A DNA stretch of 64,000 nt from NCBI GenBank assembly GCA_030704615.1, contig CM060732.1, positions 59,396,001-59,460,000 on the forward strand, given 5' to 3'. Positions 50,876 through 64,000 of this stretch are shown here, piece after piece. Within the stretch, counting starts at the first letter, position 1; each line of letters opens with the position of its first letter. A program made the position numbers and the translations under genes. This DNA is from Takakia lepidozioides (taxonomy: Eukaryota; Plantae; Bryophyta). The notes under the pieces are model-generated. The model did not search any database. It was given only the letters and a program-made list of their open reading frames with translations, and was not told the DNA's origin.

Positions 50876-53179
50876 AGTCTGAATGCAAAATCAAACATGA
50901 GCAGCAACGTGATCTAGTGACTTCTGTGAACTTCTATGAGGTGGCGCATGACGATGAAGAGACAATTATAGCTGATTTTAAAGAGCTGAAGCTGAAGCTG
51001 AAGCTGAACCACCTGCGAACCCAACAACACCAGCAGTAAATGAGATCATGTCATTGCTGTTGTTTAGGAAAGGACAATGGGTAACGTATGAAGGAGTACA
51101 AGTAAAGAAAGCACAAAAACATCACTTGGAAAAGAATCACAATGAAGAACAACAGAAGACGCAGACTGAAGTGGAAGTTGTGTAGCCACCTACTACTAGC
51201 GCCAAAAGAAAATGGGTGAGGTACAACTGGCACCCTGACGTTTAGCAAGTTAAGTGCAAACTATCAAGAATGAGTGTACTAGAGTTTTTCTTTAAAGGTA
51301 GTAACAACAAAAGGGATGGACTGCCACACTGCATTTCAGAACCAAAATAACATAGAAACAATTGTCATCACAAACAGAAGAAGGTTAAGTGTGAGCTACT
51401 GTCTGGGATCAACACTGTGGAACAAACTATTGGAATTGATTACAGTTTTAAATATGGACTGCCACTGAGAGCTGTAAGGCAAGTACAACGAATTGATCCA
51501 ATTTCTGTTGAGGTGATGAGAAGTGTTGCGAGGACATGTGAAAGCACTGACAAGGAGAGAAAAGTAAGTAAATCAGTGAGGGCAGACTTATCTTCTCCGG
51601 TTTTGCAAGAAAAAGGGCTGCCACATAAAGATCTGCACATGAAGAAAGCTGAACAGAAGCCCAGACACGATCAGTAAGCGTGAGACAAATAGATAAGAAG
51701 GAGGCAAGTCATGGAGGTGCAGCTAGTGTGGGTGATGATCAAGTAGAACCAATAAAAGACCAGCATTACATGAAGTTTGCAAAGAAAATGAAGATGAGCA
51801 GCAACAATATTAAGAAAGCAGAGATGGGGAACTTATCATTTTTTGACTGGATGAGAACAACAAAAATGAGTGCACCAGAGCTTTGGGGCAAGTAAAGTAC
51901 ATGAACAATGATGCAAAAAGAGAATTGAATGGAGCAAAGAGTGAGCAGCAAACAGCCTTCCAATTCACAAGAAGATCCAGATATTAAAAAGCGGTGAGTA
52001 GATATGGATGGGAAATGCAAGCAATGGGGAACAGCCCGTGCTGGAATCCCTTTTGTAAAGCTGACCCTACCTTCATTGTATGTTGCGATGGTTTAAAGAC
52101 AGCCGTCAAGAGCAAAAATTTGCACACTAGAAAGAAAACTGGGAATAATCGCTAGTCCATCTAACCACTCGTGTCAGTTACCATTCTGTAAAGTTTAAAC
52201 CACTCATAATAATGGTAACAACTTACAATTGGTTAATCTAGCTAAACTATTGCAGTGGCATCAGATGGAGTGGTTGGAAATGGTTTTAACCACTTGATAC
52301 TCCACGTGGAATGTTATATTACATCTAGTAAATAATTTTTTTTGACGTGGACTTGAGTGATGACTTGTAGTGATAAATTATGAGACATATAATTAGTAAT
52401 TCATATCATTACTGTTGTTATATATATATTGTTTCTTAAATAGCCTAAGAATGAATGGTGGATGAAGGTATCAAACAAAATGCTGTAAGTAAGAATGGGT
52501 GGACCACACAAATTTATTTTTTCCACTAAATCATTTGCTGGTTATCCATAAGTAACGTCATCTTTGTTGTTGAGTTGAGTTGAGTTGAGACTTGAGTTTT
52601 GACCGGTGGTATTTCCAAATGACATCTCGATTATGCGGGGTTTGGAAAATATCCCTACATTCAAATATTTGTAATATTTCGACAGTTCATAGGGTGGATA
52701 TATGTTCAAGTTCAGTACTACATTGTTGATACATAGTAGTAGAATTACTTTATATATGACTTTGGTAGTCATTTAAATGCAATATAACTATCAATGATTT
52801 CTATTGTGGTCGTGATGATTATACTCTATAATAAACACAAATGATTGAATGAAATGACTATATACAAATAATATTTTTTTGTAGAAGAGTAGTGATATCT
52901 ATTACTTAACTAGTGATGTACTATTTGTGCACAATAGTATAAAATTTTGACAAATGACTTGAGTACTAAGTTGTCTTAATAAAAGATTTAACCGATAGTA
53001 AAGGAGTAGAATAAAAATGCAATAATGTCTTTTACGCATGCATTTACGACTACAAAACCAGTCGTAATGGATATTTGCGACTAGGGGGACACCAGTGCTA
53101 AGGGACTAGTTGGTTGGGTTAGTGGAGTGGAGTAGTGTCGGACAAGTTCCTAATGTCACTAGTTTAGGAATTTCGTGGA

Positions 53180-53670
53180 GGGGGCACGTGGCCCAATTGG
53201 GCAGAGCGCATAGGTATTTGACTTTGACTTTGACCTGTAGTATTATTGACTTTTGACCGGTGTTACCGACTTTACTAACTCATTAATGCTCCTACCGAGA
53301 GCGTATTCATGTACGCCGTGGCACGTGGCATCCATACATTGTGATGGATAGCCACGTGTCACTCTCGCATTGGAGCCACACAACAACAGAGTTATTCATG
53401 TATATGACATATAGCGAGGAATAGCAGAGAATGTACTAATAAGTCGGCCTTGCGACTTGTGACGTCCACTGGTTTTTTTGCCACGCACACACCCATCGAG
53501 CTACCACGTGTCATGACGATGACAACATTGTAGTTACACAATGCACTGGGAGTTTAGTTGTTTTCACGACTTACTAGTTGTGAGGTTAGTCGTCGCTATT
53601 GCGAGATGTAAGCATCATGGCATATCCTCAATGGAGCCACAAAGTACAAATGGATTGTCGCCACGTGCTG
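53180..53670. promoter_or_regulatory. Cluster of G-box/ABRE and W-box motifs
   Basis: CACGTG at 53185, 53322, 53353, 53505 and 53662; five TTGAC(C/T) within about 53218-53258. Function is not shown. Confidence 0.35.
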
Positions 53671-55909
53671 ACAAGAGGGTGGATATTAAAATTGCATTAT
53701 GTTTAATTGACTATATATTCACAACCTATTTTTGGTAAACTATCCTCATGGCTTCTATTTGTGTATCAAGGTTCATAAGCCTATACCTGTAATAGGGCCT
53801 ATGGGCACTCACATGAGCACTTGTTTGTACTCATGCCAACATTGCTCATACTTGCTTAAACAATACCAAGCCTAAACAATGGTAGGTCTACGTCCTCATT
53901 AATTGTGAACCAATTTACGACACTGCTACAAAAATAAAATATGTCATTTTATTTTTTTAAATGCAGGCGTAAATTATGGTGTCTCTACCCCGGAGAGCTA
54001 TTGCCTTCCAGTGGAAGGTGGGACACCTTTACGATCCAACGTGCAGTTTGAACCCACAACCAGTAGTGAAATAGACTATGCCTTTACTATTGGGCTTTAG
54101 AAATATTGGTTTATTTCTTTAATACTTAATGTGAGTCCGTGTGGTTAAGGGTTCGTCCCTCGCCTTCATGGTATCTCCCATCTTCTAGATTGTGGCCAGG
54201 GTTTTATTTTGGCCGTTGTCAGTAAAATTTGGTTTTCCAAAATAATGATATAGAAGTAAAAATAAGAATGAGATGCCCATTGGTTTGGCATCCTATTTTG
54301 GTTGGGATTGCTCTCATGGATGACATGGAATGTTTTGGTTTATTTGTCAATTTAATTTGCTAGGGAATCTCACTTATATGTTTTAAATAGGCAATGAACG
54401 TACTTTCAATATGGCGGGGCCGTTGGCCGGAATGCCAAGCGCTTCGCCAAGCTGCTAGTCAAACACTTTCCGCACTAGGAAAGTGGGGAGTGGGAGGTGG
54501 GATGCGCTCCCCTCCTCCTCTTCTATAGAGCTAGAGCTCTCTCCGAGATGAGATGCTCTCCATCTATAATTTTAACATATTATGGGGGAGCAGGAAGAGG
54601 CGTGGAGGAGGGAGCAAGAGGACTTCAAATGTTTTGGAAATTAATATGGAACCATTATTTTCTCAATCACAACCCAATGTATCGCCCGCAACACATCATT
54701 TTCAACTCGAGATCATGACGTTAACTATAAGTGTTTCCCAACCACCAAGCTGCATTGTCATACCATCCTCTTTTAATGTATATAATTTACATATAGGGCC
54801 GCGGATAATTTAAAAATTAAAAATTAAAATTAAAATTAACAGCAGGCCTCTTGCCAACGCCGGCGACCATACCTGTAAGTCTCCAACACGCGAACTCATT
54901 ACATAAGTTTAGTATGTAATATACTATAAAGTTTTGATATACCACTACTCGTTTGACTGGTTTTCTTTAGTAAGGAAATAACCATATTAGCAATGTTCTA
55001 TATCAACCGAGATTTTCAACACGCGGATGAAACTAGGTCAACTAAAAGCCGTAAATATCACTGGGGCTAATGATAGTGCATATTGCTGTCTTCCCAGAGT
55101 CTTGCTTATAATAGCCAACTTTCCCGGAACTTCCTACTTGATATGCCACTTCAAGAAGATAGATTGCATCGAGGTGCGACCTATCTGTTAATCCCTAAAT
55201 GACCGCAACCGTTTATCATATTTGTTTTTGAAACATTCGGATGATAAATTCTCCTTGAACTTAAAACTACGAAACTAAAACATAAACACTGACAATTAAG
55301 TTACTGACAACAATTGTAGCATTTTCATGGTAAGTCTTCTTGAATACATTTAAATGGGAGGAAATCATACAGATGCTCATAAATGACTGTTGAATATGGT
55401 CATAATAATAAAATACCTATTTGATTGAACTCGATAATTGTAATACAAATTTAACATGAGCCCCCTAGATTCGAGACAACAAATTGAAGAAAATACCCCA
55501 TTTTTGGTCACATGGAGTGATCACAAATGTGGTTTGTAGGATGAAATTTGTAGTAGTGTAGAGAAGCCACTAAGTTTCGGAGAACTTCTAGCACTTCAAG
55601 AAGTGAGACAAATTACAAGGATATATATACATGAGGCTGGCAATGACAAGAAGTGCAAAGTGAGACAAATAAAATGTTGGTAGGATCAATTTATGTGGGG
55701 TTGCACCGTAAGTTTTTCCCTTTCTTGGACTTCTCACTTGCCATTTGTTTCCCAGTAATTCAAGAGAGTCTAGAAGACTCCGGTCAAATCAGGCATGACT
55801 AAGATCCACTTTCTAGGATAAATACATGGTAAACTCTCCAAAATTTTCGAGTGAGAAATGGATGGTATGGATGTTAACTTGATCCTACGGTTGAAATGGA
55901 TTACACAGT

Positions 55910-56743
55910 CACTACAACAGATCGCGGTAATTATGACTGCCCAACCGTGGTAGTCATGGTTTTCTTGACTTTGACCATGACTGCACCATGTTTTTATATA
56001 AAATTGACATCGCGAAGTCGTTCATACGACTGTGGTTATATAAACGACTATCTAAGTAGTCGTCTGTATGACTATATAGCTCCAGAACGGGCGGAAGGCT
56101 GGTCATCGGCAATTGACCAGATTTAGCTCACCATTGATAGTCATTTCCTTGACTACAGTGTACATGGATGAGGTTACATAGTCATGATGACTACTGGGGA
56201 TTTTGTAATTTGGTGTGTATAATACAATTAAAACACTATATGTTCACATGAATGACTAATGGGTGTATTGGTTAGTAAATTATAACTCTTATAGTAAAGA
56301 GGTTGGAGGTTCAAACTCCTCTAAGTACAATCAAATGGATAAGATGGCCCTAGGGTTAGTAGGCGAGCTAGGGATAGCACGTGACACCTTAGATGGGCTG
56401 CCACGTGGTTTTTTTTCATTATTATAAAATGCATTATGCCACGTGGCACAACGCGGTACGATGCGATGTCTGACATATTTTTTTAATTTGTTTATTTTTT
56501 TGGAAAAAATATATTGTTTATTTTTATTTTTTTAATCAATTGCGCCTCGCCGTGGCCCGACAGCGGCGACTGCAGTGAGAGATATCACTTGGTTTATCTG
56601 ACTGTAGTCATCTGGACCGTACCATCCTGTATTCATTGTATTCACTTGGTTTGCACGATTTACATTCATAGAAGTCATATGTACCGTTTATGACTGCAGA
56701 ATAGTCATATATACAGTCATAAATACCGCGATCTGTTGTTGTC
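55910..56743. mobile_element. CACTA-derived MITE
   Basis: Left end CACTACAACAGATCGCGGTAATTATGACT; right end AGTCATAAATACCGCGATCTGTTGTTGTC (terminal bases mutated). Many ATGACT/AGTCAT repeats. No TSD is evident. Confidence 0.8.
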
Positions 56744-57439
56744 CTCAAATTTTACCTCAGCCGAGACTTGATGTAGGAATCCACATTATAAAAACCTTAA
56801 CAACAATCGTTAGTGGAGTATAGAGAATTATATGCTACCTAGGTGATCTTGGATTCAAATTCTGGATAGCACGTAAGATTTAAACAAAAAATTTCTCGAT
56901 GTCTCTCATTTGTATCCTTGCCATCTGGCACCACAAAATTAGGGTGCAAAAATGGGTCTCTTAACTTTTAAGAACATTTTGGACCATGGAAATTTGCAGC
57001 AAAAGAGAAAAAGAAGAATTTGCCAACTAAAAGATTGATGCATCGCTACGTCCCTTCCAAATGTTCTAGTACTTAAAAAGAAAATTCAACTAGAATAATA
57101 TACATATAATTAATGTAAATAAAGATAAAGTGGGCTAGAATTTGAACTCTAGGCTTCTTTTTCTCCCATTCATTCACTTTTGATAGAGCAAAACGACGAC
57201 GACTTTCATTACACGCTAGACCAATATGTATAGACATTGGTATGTTGATTTTTGGTACTTGTTTTGGTAGTGGGGCTCAATCAAAACTAATATCCACAAG
57301 TATGAGGATTGAGATCAATTAGGGTTTTGGTTGGTAGTGCTCTGCTTTTTTTGAACAAAAGAGGGCTATAGACAGTTTGGGGGGGGCATCTAGAGAAGGG
57401 CGATGAAAGCTCATGCCCAAGAGAGCGGTGTCACTTTCT

Positions 57440-57635
57440 GAAACGGCCATAATTGGGGCAACATGGTTGCCCAAACCTCCCCACAATGGCTCGAAAGTTC
57501 ACAGGGTATACACACATTAAGTGACCAGTAGACACACGCCCACCATTAAATAGTTGGGTTGGCTATAACGAGTGGTATCCAACATATATCTATGTGACTT
57601 TGAATTTAGTAAGATGGATTTGTCCCCTAACCACT
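57440..57635 (-). mobile_element. SINE family B copy
   Basis: Shares GCCATAAT..TGCCCAAACCTCCCCA..ACATTAAGTG.CCAGTAGA..ATCCAACATA..CCCTAACCACTA with 42745-42995. Confidence 0.6.
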
Positions 57636-58207
57636 ATTCCAGCTGTTGGATGCTGGGGGATCTATATTCTTTATGTGTTACACCTTATGTGTGGATAAAT
57701 GTGCAACTTCGTTGTTGATGCATGTGGGATGGCCTTCCTCTAGAGTTAGTTTAATGTTCATTTTAGCAAATACATTTTTTGACCTCCACCCAATGGAACA
57801 ATAAGCTCTACAATGGATTTTTAAAAAGACTACGCATCAATGTCAAAAATCACTAAGCCCCTATTGTGCCTTCACTCCTTTTCTTTCTATGATGTGCCTT
57901 CTCCAGGTAATCCCTCAGGTTACATCTATGTTATTAAACATCTTAACATGAGAAATAAATGGATGAATGTTCAAGTTTATTATGGATAAAAATAGATTCC
58001 AGTATTAACAAGGAGGAGCCATTCGCGACTAGGCACTTGTTAGAAAACATGGATGATTGATGCATGCTATTATTTGGATATTGTGATCTAGATGGATGAA
58101 TATAATAATAATTTAATTCGTTATCTTACTCCGAAAGCGATAGAAATGTAAGGTGAAGTGACTCCTAGTTACATTAGACCTAGGCCGGATTCTTCTTTCT
58201 CTTCCAC

Positions 58208-58350
58208 CTGAGGAGGTAGCCCAGTGGTTGGATGTTTGTGCCTTGCTTGTGCATAACCTAGGTGATCCCGGGTTCAATCCTTCAACATGTGCCTTCAGAC
58301 CGTCCATTGGGCCCTCGATGGCATGTGTGTTGAGTAGTAGGCTCAGTAAA
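58208..58350 (+). mobile_element. tRNA-derived SINE-like element
   Basis: A box TAGCCCAGTGG and B box GGTTCAATCC; no tRNA cloverleaf. Confidence 0.5.
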
Positions 58351-61300
58351 TTCACTCGACGTTAAAGAAACTTTATCTTTATCTTCCATAGGCTTGTCGT
58401 GACCACCAGTCATAAATGAAAAAACAAATGAGCTACCAAAAGTTTTTGAGCTTTTCATAATGGTGATATTCAACATTTAGAAAATCATAAAAATATATTA
58501 GGGTCTTCAATGCGCACACGCGGGTCCAATATGTTTACGTGGACTTAAAAAAGAATGAAGTTTTTTAATGATAATATACCCTTGAGAAAACCTTCAAATT
58601 TCTCAAAAATCCACGGCTTGGGTCTCTTGGTCCATTGGGTCTTAGATTGTTTTTTCACCAAAGTGAGCCCCTCTCAAGGGTAATGTATGTTCCATAAGTC
58701 CAAGTCCTGGGTTTATTGGGTGGTCTATTGCAAAAACACTTCATTGTTCTTCAACCTTGAGGCTTGAATACCTCTACAAGAAGCATATCTCCACCGCAAA
58801 CCTCGAGTACCACACTATAAGAAACTGGTTGCTATACACAACATTTTCTTGTCTAACGTAGGTCCAAAAGGGGGCAGGAGTTGCTAGAAAGTGGCTCTCA
58901 TTAAACTGTGATAATTTTTCACTCCATCACTACAGAGCCAAGCGGGAGGCATCACAGTTAGGGGATCGAAGGCTGGTTGGGATGTATTGTTTGTGTGTCA
59001 ATCAAGTGGAAATTGTAGTCAATAACTATGACTATGAGGTCGTAACCACTGACATTTTGGCGCTAGCAACAAGTCATAATGTGTGATGGGACTTGTGAAA
59101 CACCCAGATGTATCCCTTTCTCAATCTTTTAATGTTATACCACTCATCAAATATCATCCCATTCACATATCTTGCCCAATGTTCTATTCCCCACCAATCA
59201 ATGACTAGATATTTACCTCCAGTGAACAAAGACTAGAAAGAAGTCATAGCCTTCTCCAATATAATTTTCCATATGAACGTATTTCTAATTTAATTTTAAT
59301 TCTTGTGGTTCGGTTAAAAACTGGGGCCTGGGAACACTTTATTTGGGGTTGATTTTCATGTCGTTATGTCATTGCTTTTAGAAGTTCTTAGTTTATTTTG
59401 TTCTAAATTTAAAATTGAGTTATGACATGAAGTCACAAAGTCACAAATACATCCCCTTTAAAAAGAAAACAAAAAAAAATAGAAGCCCCCCCAAACTAAA
59501 AACTTTCCATTGGCCATCCATCTTTTCTGAAGAAGGTGACATGTGGCGTAGAGTGTTTAGTTACATCTGGGCAAGGATAACCGGCTACAGCAATTGCCGG
59601 CCCAAAGCGTGTGGACCGGAAGATACGTGTGGCCGAAGACGTCCTGGGTTCAAACCCTCACCAGATGCTGCGGACATGACTTGTCTACTCTTATACAGTT
59701 TGTTACCGATTTACCTCACCAGAATCGAGGGGCTTTTCCTTAACCAATACCAGAATGAACACGTTTTTAAATGAATGTGAAATAGACCTCAACATTATCA
59801 ATAGTCGGTAATTCCCTTCCAAAGGATGTGTGCGTGTTTTTTTTTTTTTTTTTTTAAAAATTTGAAAGGGGGTGAATACCGAGATATTTCTTAAGAACCA
59901 ATAACAATTTTAGAGATATGAATACTGTCTCAATATTTGTCTTTTTTAAGTGTAATAACTTATTATTTGGCTTGAAGGGCACTGTGTTTATTGGATGAAA
60001 TTAGGCAATATCTTAGAAACCCATTCCCCCCCCCCCCCTTTTTTTTTTAAAGGGAAACACCTTGGAGCCCATTTTCTAAAGTCGAAAAGCGGGATCTGAA
60101 CAGTCATTTGTTGTGGATTTGGCCATTCATGGGCAGTTCCGACTTTGCCACTCTTGTTCTAATCAATCTATCTGTTTAGACTCAAAGAAAGAAGGAAACA
60201 CCAAGCGGCGATTTGCGTAATGGCTCCTCTTTCGAAAATATTTAAAAAAAATGGAAACTCATAATATTATGATCTTATTTCCTCATCAGTGTTTATGTTC
60301 GATCGCAGGTTGGTTGGGGAAGATCAAACCTGGTTTGGCAAGCCAACAGAAAACCAATACATAAGCAAAATATGCACCCATTTGTTTTTCTTTGGTTCAA
60401 ACAGGGGACACCTACTTTTGCCGTCAGAGTTGCCAGCAGACCATATCCTACTAGCTTATAAACTCCAAAAACAAATTAATAAAGAAAGATAGCTAATGAG
60501 AATATGGTAAGGGACAAAGCAATAAATTGATTTACTAGTAATGTGCGTTGATTACGGGTGCAGTTGGAAGCAACACAGCAGTGTGGGCGATGGGATACAA
60601 AAGAACAGCGGGTGCGTGCGGTAGGGAAGTTCGCGGCAAGATCGCAAGTCAAAAGGCGAGCAAGCCGCGCTTTTGACTGCATCTTGGAGGAGGGGGGATG
60701 GCGTCTACAGTCACCTGAACAAGCTTACCGGCCTTGTCTTGCACGGTGGCGTATTGCTTGGCACTGGAGATCAGGTGTTGGGCTTTCCGAAGTATGCATC
60801 GACCGGTCCTGCCCGACAGATCTGTTTCTTAGATCTACAAAAGGAAAATGGAACAGTTGAGGTCTGTGTACCTACACTCAGCATCGCAGAACGAGTGTGG
60901 GTCTAGAACTTCTTGGTGGATAGGGAGAAGCCCTATGCCTACATCTCTAGCTGGGGTAATTCCAGATGGTGTATTGAGTGGGGGTCAGGGTTCATAGGTA
61001 ATTGCTGCAGTCGATTTTACTCTGAGCAAGTGCTCCCTGGAGAGAGACCAAGTTATCTCCAACCCGTACCGCAAATTGGAAGTGAGTCTGTCGTGACCTC
61101 CTCTCACTCTTTAATCTCTAGTTTCCAGGCTCCTTTCTTTAGACTTTTGAAGCTGTTGTGATCACAAGATTGACTTTTGAAGCTGTTGAGTTTGATCACA
61201 CTTTCACCAGTCCCACAGAGGTGGATAAAGATTCTCTGAGATCTAGGTGGAATGATCATGGCGGCTGCTGTGCTTGCAAGTGAGTGGACAGGTTTACCAA

Positions 61301-61649
61301 TAACCAAACGAATTATGATCAGCAAACTCTATACAAAAGAAAATCTTCTCGAGAGAGCCAATTTCTAGACCTGTCTCTTTCGATAAACGCCAGTGATCTA
61401 CATATGATGCACTGGGCTTTTTCTGCACTCTCCCTCTCATAGTAGAATCCTTCTAAGAAGCTGTTCACCTCTCTAGATCTCAATCCCTTCCAAGTGGATC
61501 TTCACACACGCGCACGCGTGCACACACTCTCTTTTCTCCTTTTTCTCTGGGGCCTCTCAAGTATAACGTGGATGTCACTGGGAGTTCAAACTTTCCAGAG
61601 TCCTGTACAATTTGCTGGAAACGTACTTAATACGTCTCTGCCTGTGGCT

Positions 61650-63758
61650 ATGGCGGGTCAGCCACCCCACCAGCAGGGAGGTGGGGAGCAGGAGAGTTAC
61701 TTGCAGCAATTTCTCAGAACATTTGATCCAGAGGCGGCTGGGTCACGATCTTCATCAGTTGGCTCAATGGCTGGATCATCTACTTCTTACATAAGAAGAG
61801 AAAACTCGACCCAGACTGGGGCCTCTAACCCAGCTTGGAGTTTGATTTCATCTTCTGACGCAACATCACTAGTTAACACAGTCTCCCAAGCTAGAGAGCA
61901 GCAATTTGCAGGTCTTCTATCGAGCCAGCTCCCTAAGACCACATTGACGTACCCAACCCAGCGAGATCTCCTCTCAGAATTCCCTTGGTTGAGCGACGAG
62001 TTTGAATTGCGCAGTGGCGCTCCTGTCTCACAATTAGCATCCAGCCAGGCAATACAAGATGTCGGTTCAAGCTATGCCAGGCTCGTTAATCCACACCATC
62101 AGACCCAACAACATCAGCAGCTGGTTGTGTCCAGTGGAGAAGGTTCTTCTCTGAGGGAATTCAAGGTGCAAGGGGACTATGGAATCCCGCATTTTGGGCA
62201 GGGCTCGACCTCAAGCGTTCGTCACCGCTCAGAAGCCCCAGCCCAATTCCAATCAAGTAGGTCTGACTCTGAAGTCCCTCTTCTTCCCGTCATAAATGAG
62301 GCACAGCTTGGATCATGGCCTCAGTCGGTTGCCATCAGTCCCACTTTTGAGGGCTCCGTCCCCCATACAGCAATGATACCGAGCTTTCCTAGTCTTGGTC
62401 TTGCATCTCCATTATTCACCGAAGCCCTAGCGGCGGTGTCCACCAATCCGTGCACGCCCAATTCGTCATTGTCTTCGTCAATCAGCGATGGAGAAGATGA
62501 GTCGGACTCAAAAGGTACTAGCCATAGTCAGCGTGCTGGGTTGGGCGTGGTAGGGTCTGCTGGCGAAGGTGCAGCTCCCTCTGTGAGCAGCGGGAAGCGG
62601 AAGACGCCGGAGCCATCTCTGGAGGAGGGTGACGACATAAAATATGAACCCGAGCTGCCCAAAAAGCAACAGACAGTGTAAGTGACTTGGATATTCTATC
62701 TCCTTGCGATTGTATTACAGAGCCACAGAGCCCACCCTCGAGAGCGTGGACAACCCCTAGCAATGGACTTAAGGGGGTGCCCGTAGGCGTGTGCACGGAG
62801 CTCTTTTCTCTCTCATTCATGTTGATCGTTGACCTACATACAGTTGTCAGTCTATTTCATTGTTTGCACGTTTGTGTAGGAAATAAGAAACTGCGTCCTC
62901 TCTCTTTCCGACCTTACAGCTCTTGCTTTCTTCCAATGGAGATTTGGGTTGGAATTCGAGTCCACCAGTTCTGAAATACAGGAAGGGTCGAACGCAATAA
63001 GAATGCCCCAGAGAAACCCTGGATTTTCCCTAATTGTTATGGATCTAGAAAAGTCTAGCGAGTATCAGTGAGCTCCTCGGCATGCATATAATATGGAGAT
63101 CCCGCCACAGAGTGAGCATCCGATCTCCGCACATGAATTCATGAAAATTTGGGTTTTACATTGTCCTTAGCCGGTGGTCCGAGCTGTATGCCTGGAACAT
63201 TTTCGACTCCTCGATTCATGGCAGGGTTTTAGCTACAGTGCATACCAAGCTTTTCCACAATGAATGAGACCCTTTAACAATAAAAATCTATCTATAAGCC
63301 TTCAGCTGTTTCATTTTCTAGTCTGACAAAAGCATCGAACTTTGGCTCTTGAAAGCTGTAGAAATCTAACAAGAAGATGTTTGGCGTCGAGTGAGTCTCA
63401 CTCTTTCAATGTTAATTTGCTGGGCAGGGTTTTCAAAGTATCATGCTTGAAACGTTAGTTGTTCACAATGTTGAGAAGTGAAGGAAATCTTGAAATACGT
63501 CAGTTATGATTAATCCCAGAATTCGAGGCACTCGCTGACCTCTTGAGTTAGATACGAGCAAGTGTTGTAATAGGGAAATCTGAATGTATTCCACGCGTGG
63601 ATTGTCTGCAGAAATAGGCAGAGAAAGAAAGGGGGCATGAAGAGAGTGCGGGAGCCGAGATATGCTATCAAAACAAGGACCGAAGTTGATATCATGGATG
63701 ATGGATTCAAGTGGCGGAAATACGGTCAAAAAGCTGTCAAGAATAGCCCTCATCCCAG
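61650..63758 (+). CDS. WRKY transcription factor, group IIc-like; 5' partial, continues beyond the window
   Basis: Exon 1 ends at 62677 (Q/S-rich, with PCTPNSSLSSS; ATG at 61650 or 61572). Exon 2, 63612-63758, reads KRVREPRYAIKTRTEVDIMDDGFKWRKYGQKAVKNSPHPR and ends at the conserved R-type intron. Confidence 0.93.
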
Positions 63759-64000
63759 GTACAGCTGGACTTTCTAGAGAAGTCGTGTGTGTATGGTTGT
63801 CAACATACATGACTGAGTTTGTGAACAAATCATCCTCTAGATTCAATGTCGTTTTAGTTGTTATTGAATATTAGCTTGGATTGTGCGCGAATGACACGGT
63901 ACAACCTGGAAATCGTCCTGTAGATAGAACACATCATCTGTGTCAAGGTAGGCGGAGGCTGGAGTAGCTGCAGCAACACGAAAGTACAGCAAAGAAACCT

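Larger units (their letters stand above)
47803..52000 (+). mobile_element. Ty3/gypsy LTR retrotransposon relic (gag region)
   Basis: PBS-like TGGTATCGAGC at 47803 (tRNA-iMet type, one base short). Gag-like DWIEELE..LNLQSYANDWYRR..NWIEFQTAIIRKF. Zinc knuckle CIFCKILGHFESEC continues after an insertion. LTRs were not located and the right boundary is approximate. Confidence 0.6.

Noticed and set aside
36562-52372. A 15.8-kb CACTA enclosing the syntaxin gene (TGTAGTG at 52366-52372 followed by ATA, matching the left flank)
   Set aside because: Only about 7 terminal bases match and the right side lacks the family's GCGACGC repeats; probably chance.
58208-59670. tRNA genes suggested by A and B boxes
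   Set aside because: No acceptor or anticodon stems could be folded; treated as SINE heads.
60558-61161. ORFs upstream of the WRKY gene as conserved uORFs
   Set aside because: Mostly non-ATG starts, no recognisable peptide, and the transcription start is unknown.

Overview
Repeat-rich nuclear DNA from a land plant, probably a non-seed plant such as a bryophyte (inferred from gene content and GT-AG introns). Four host genes are recognisable: (1) an OBERON3/4 (TITANIA)-like PHD/coiled-coil gene on the minus strand; (2) a divergently oriented alpha carbonic anhydrase with a twin-arginine lumen signal that closely resembles Chlamydomonas CAH3; (3) a nine-exon SYP7-family syntaxin; (4) the 5' part of a group IIc WRKY gene at the right edge. 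The strongest oddity is the carbonic anhydrase: coding exons 1-5 are on the plus strand, while phase-compatible exons 6-7 (with the GSLTTPPCSEG motif) sit about 1 kb downstream on the minus strand, beyond tail-to-tail LINE ends. Between the genes are nested mobile elements: RTEX/L2-like and L1-like LINE fragments, a piggyBac relic, a PIF/Harbinger relic, a Mutator-like element with convergent SWIM-finger genes interrupted by CACTA elements, hAT-like, Tourist and CACTA MITEs, tRNA-derived SINEs and PLS-PPR pseudogene fragments. A Ty3/gypsy gag is split by a 1.9 kb TIR element with a 10-bp target duplication that carries 14 palindrome-bearing repeats. All family assignments come from motif recognition by eye; no database search was run.
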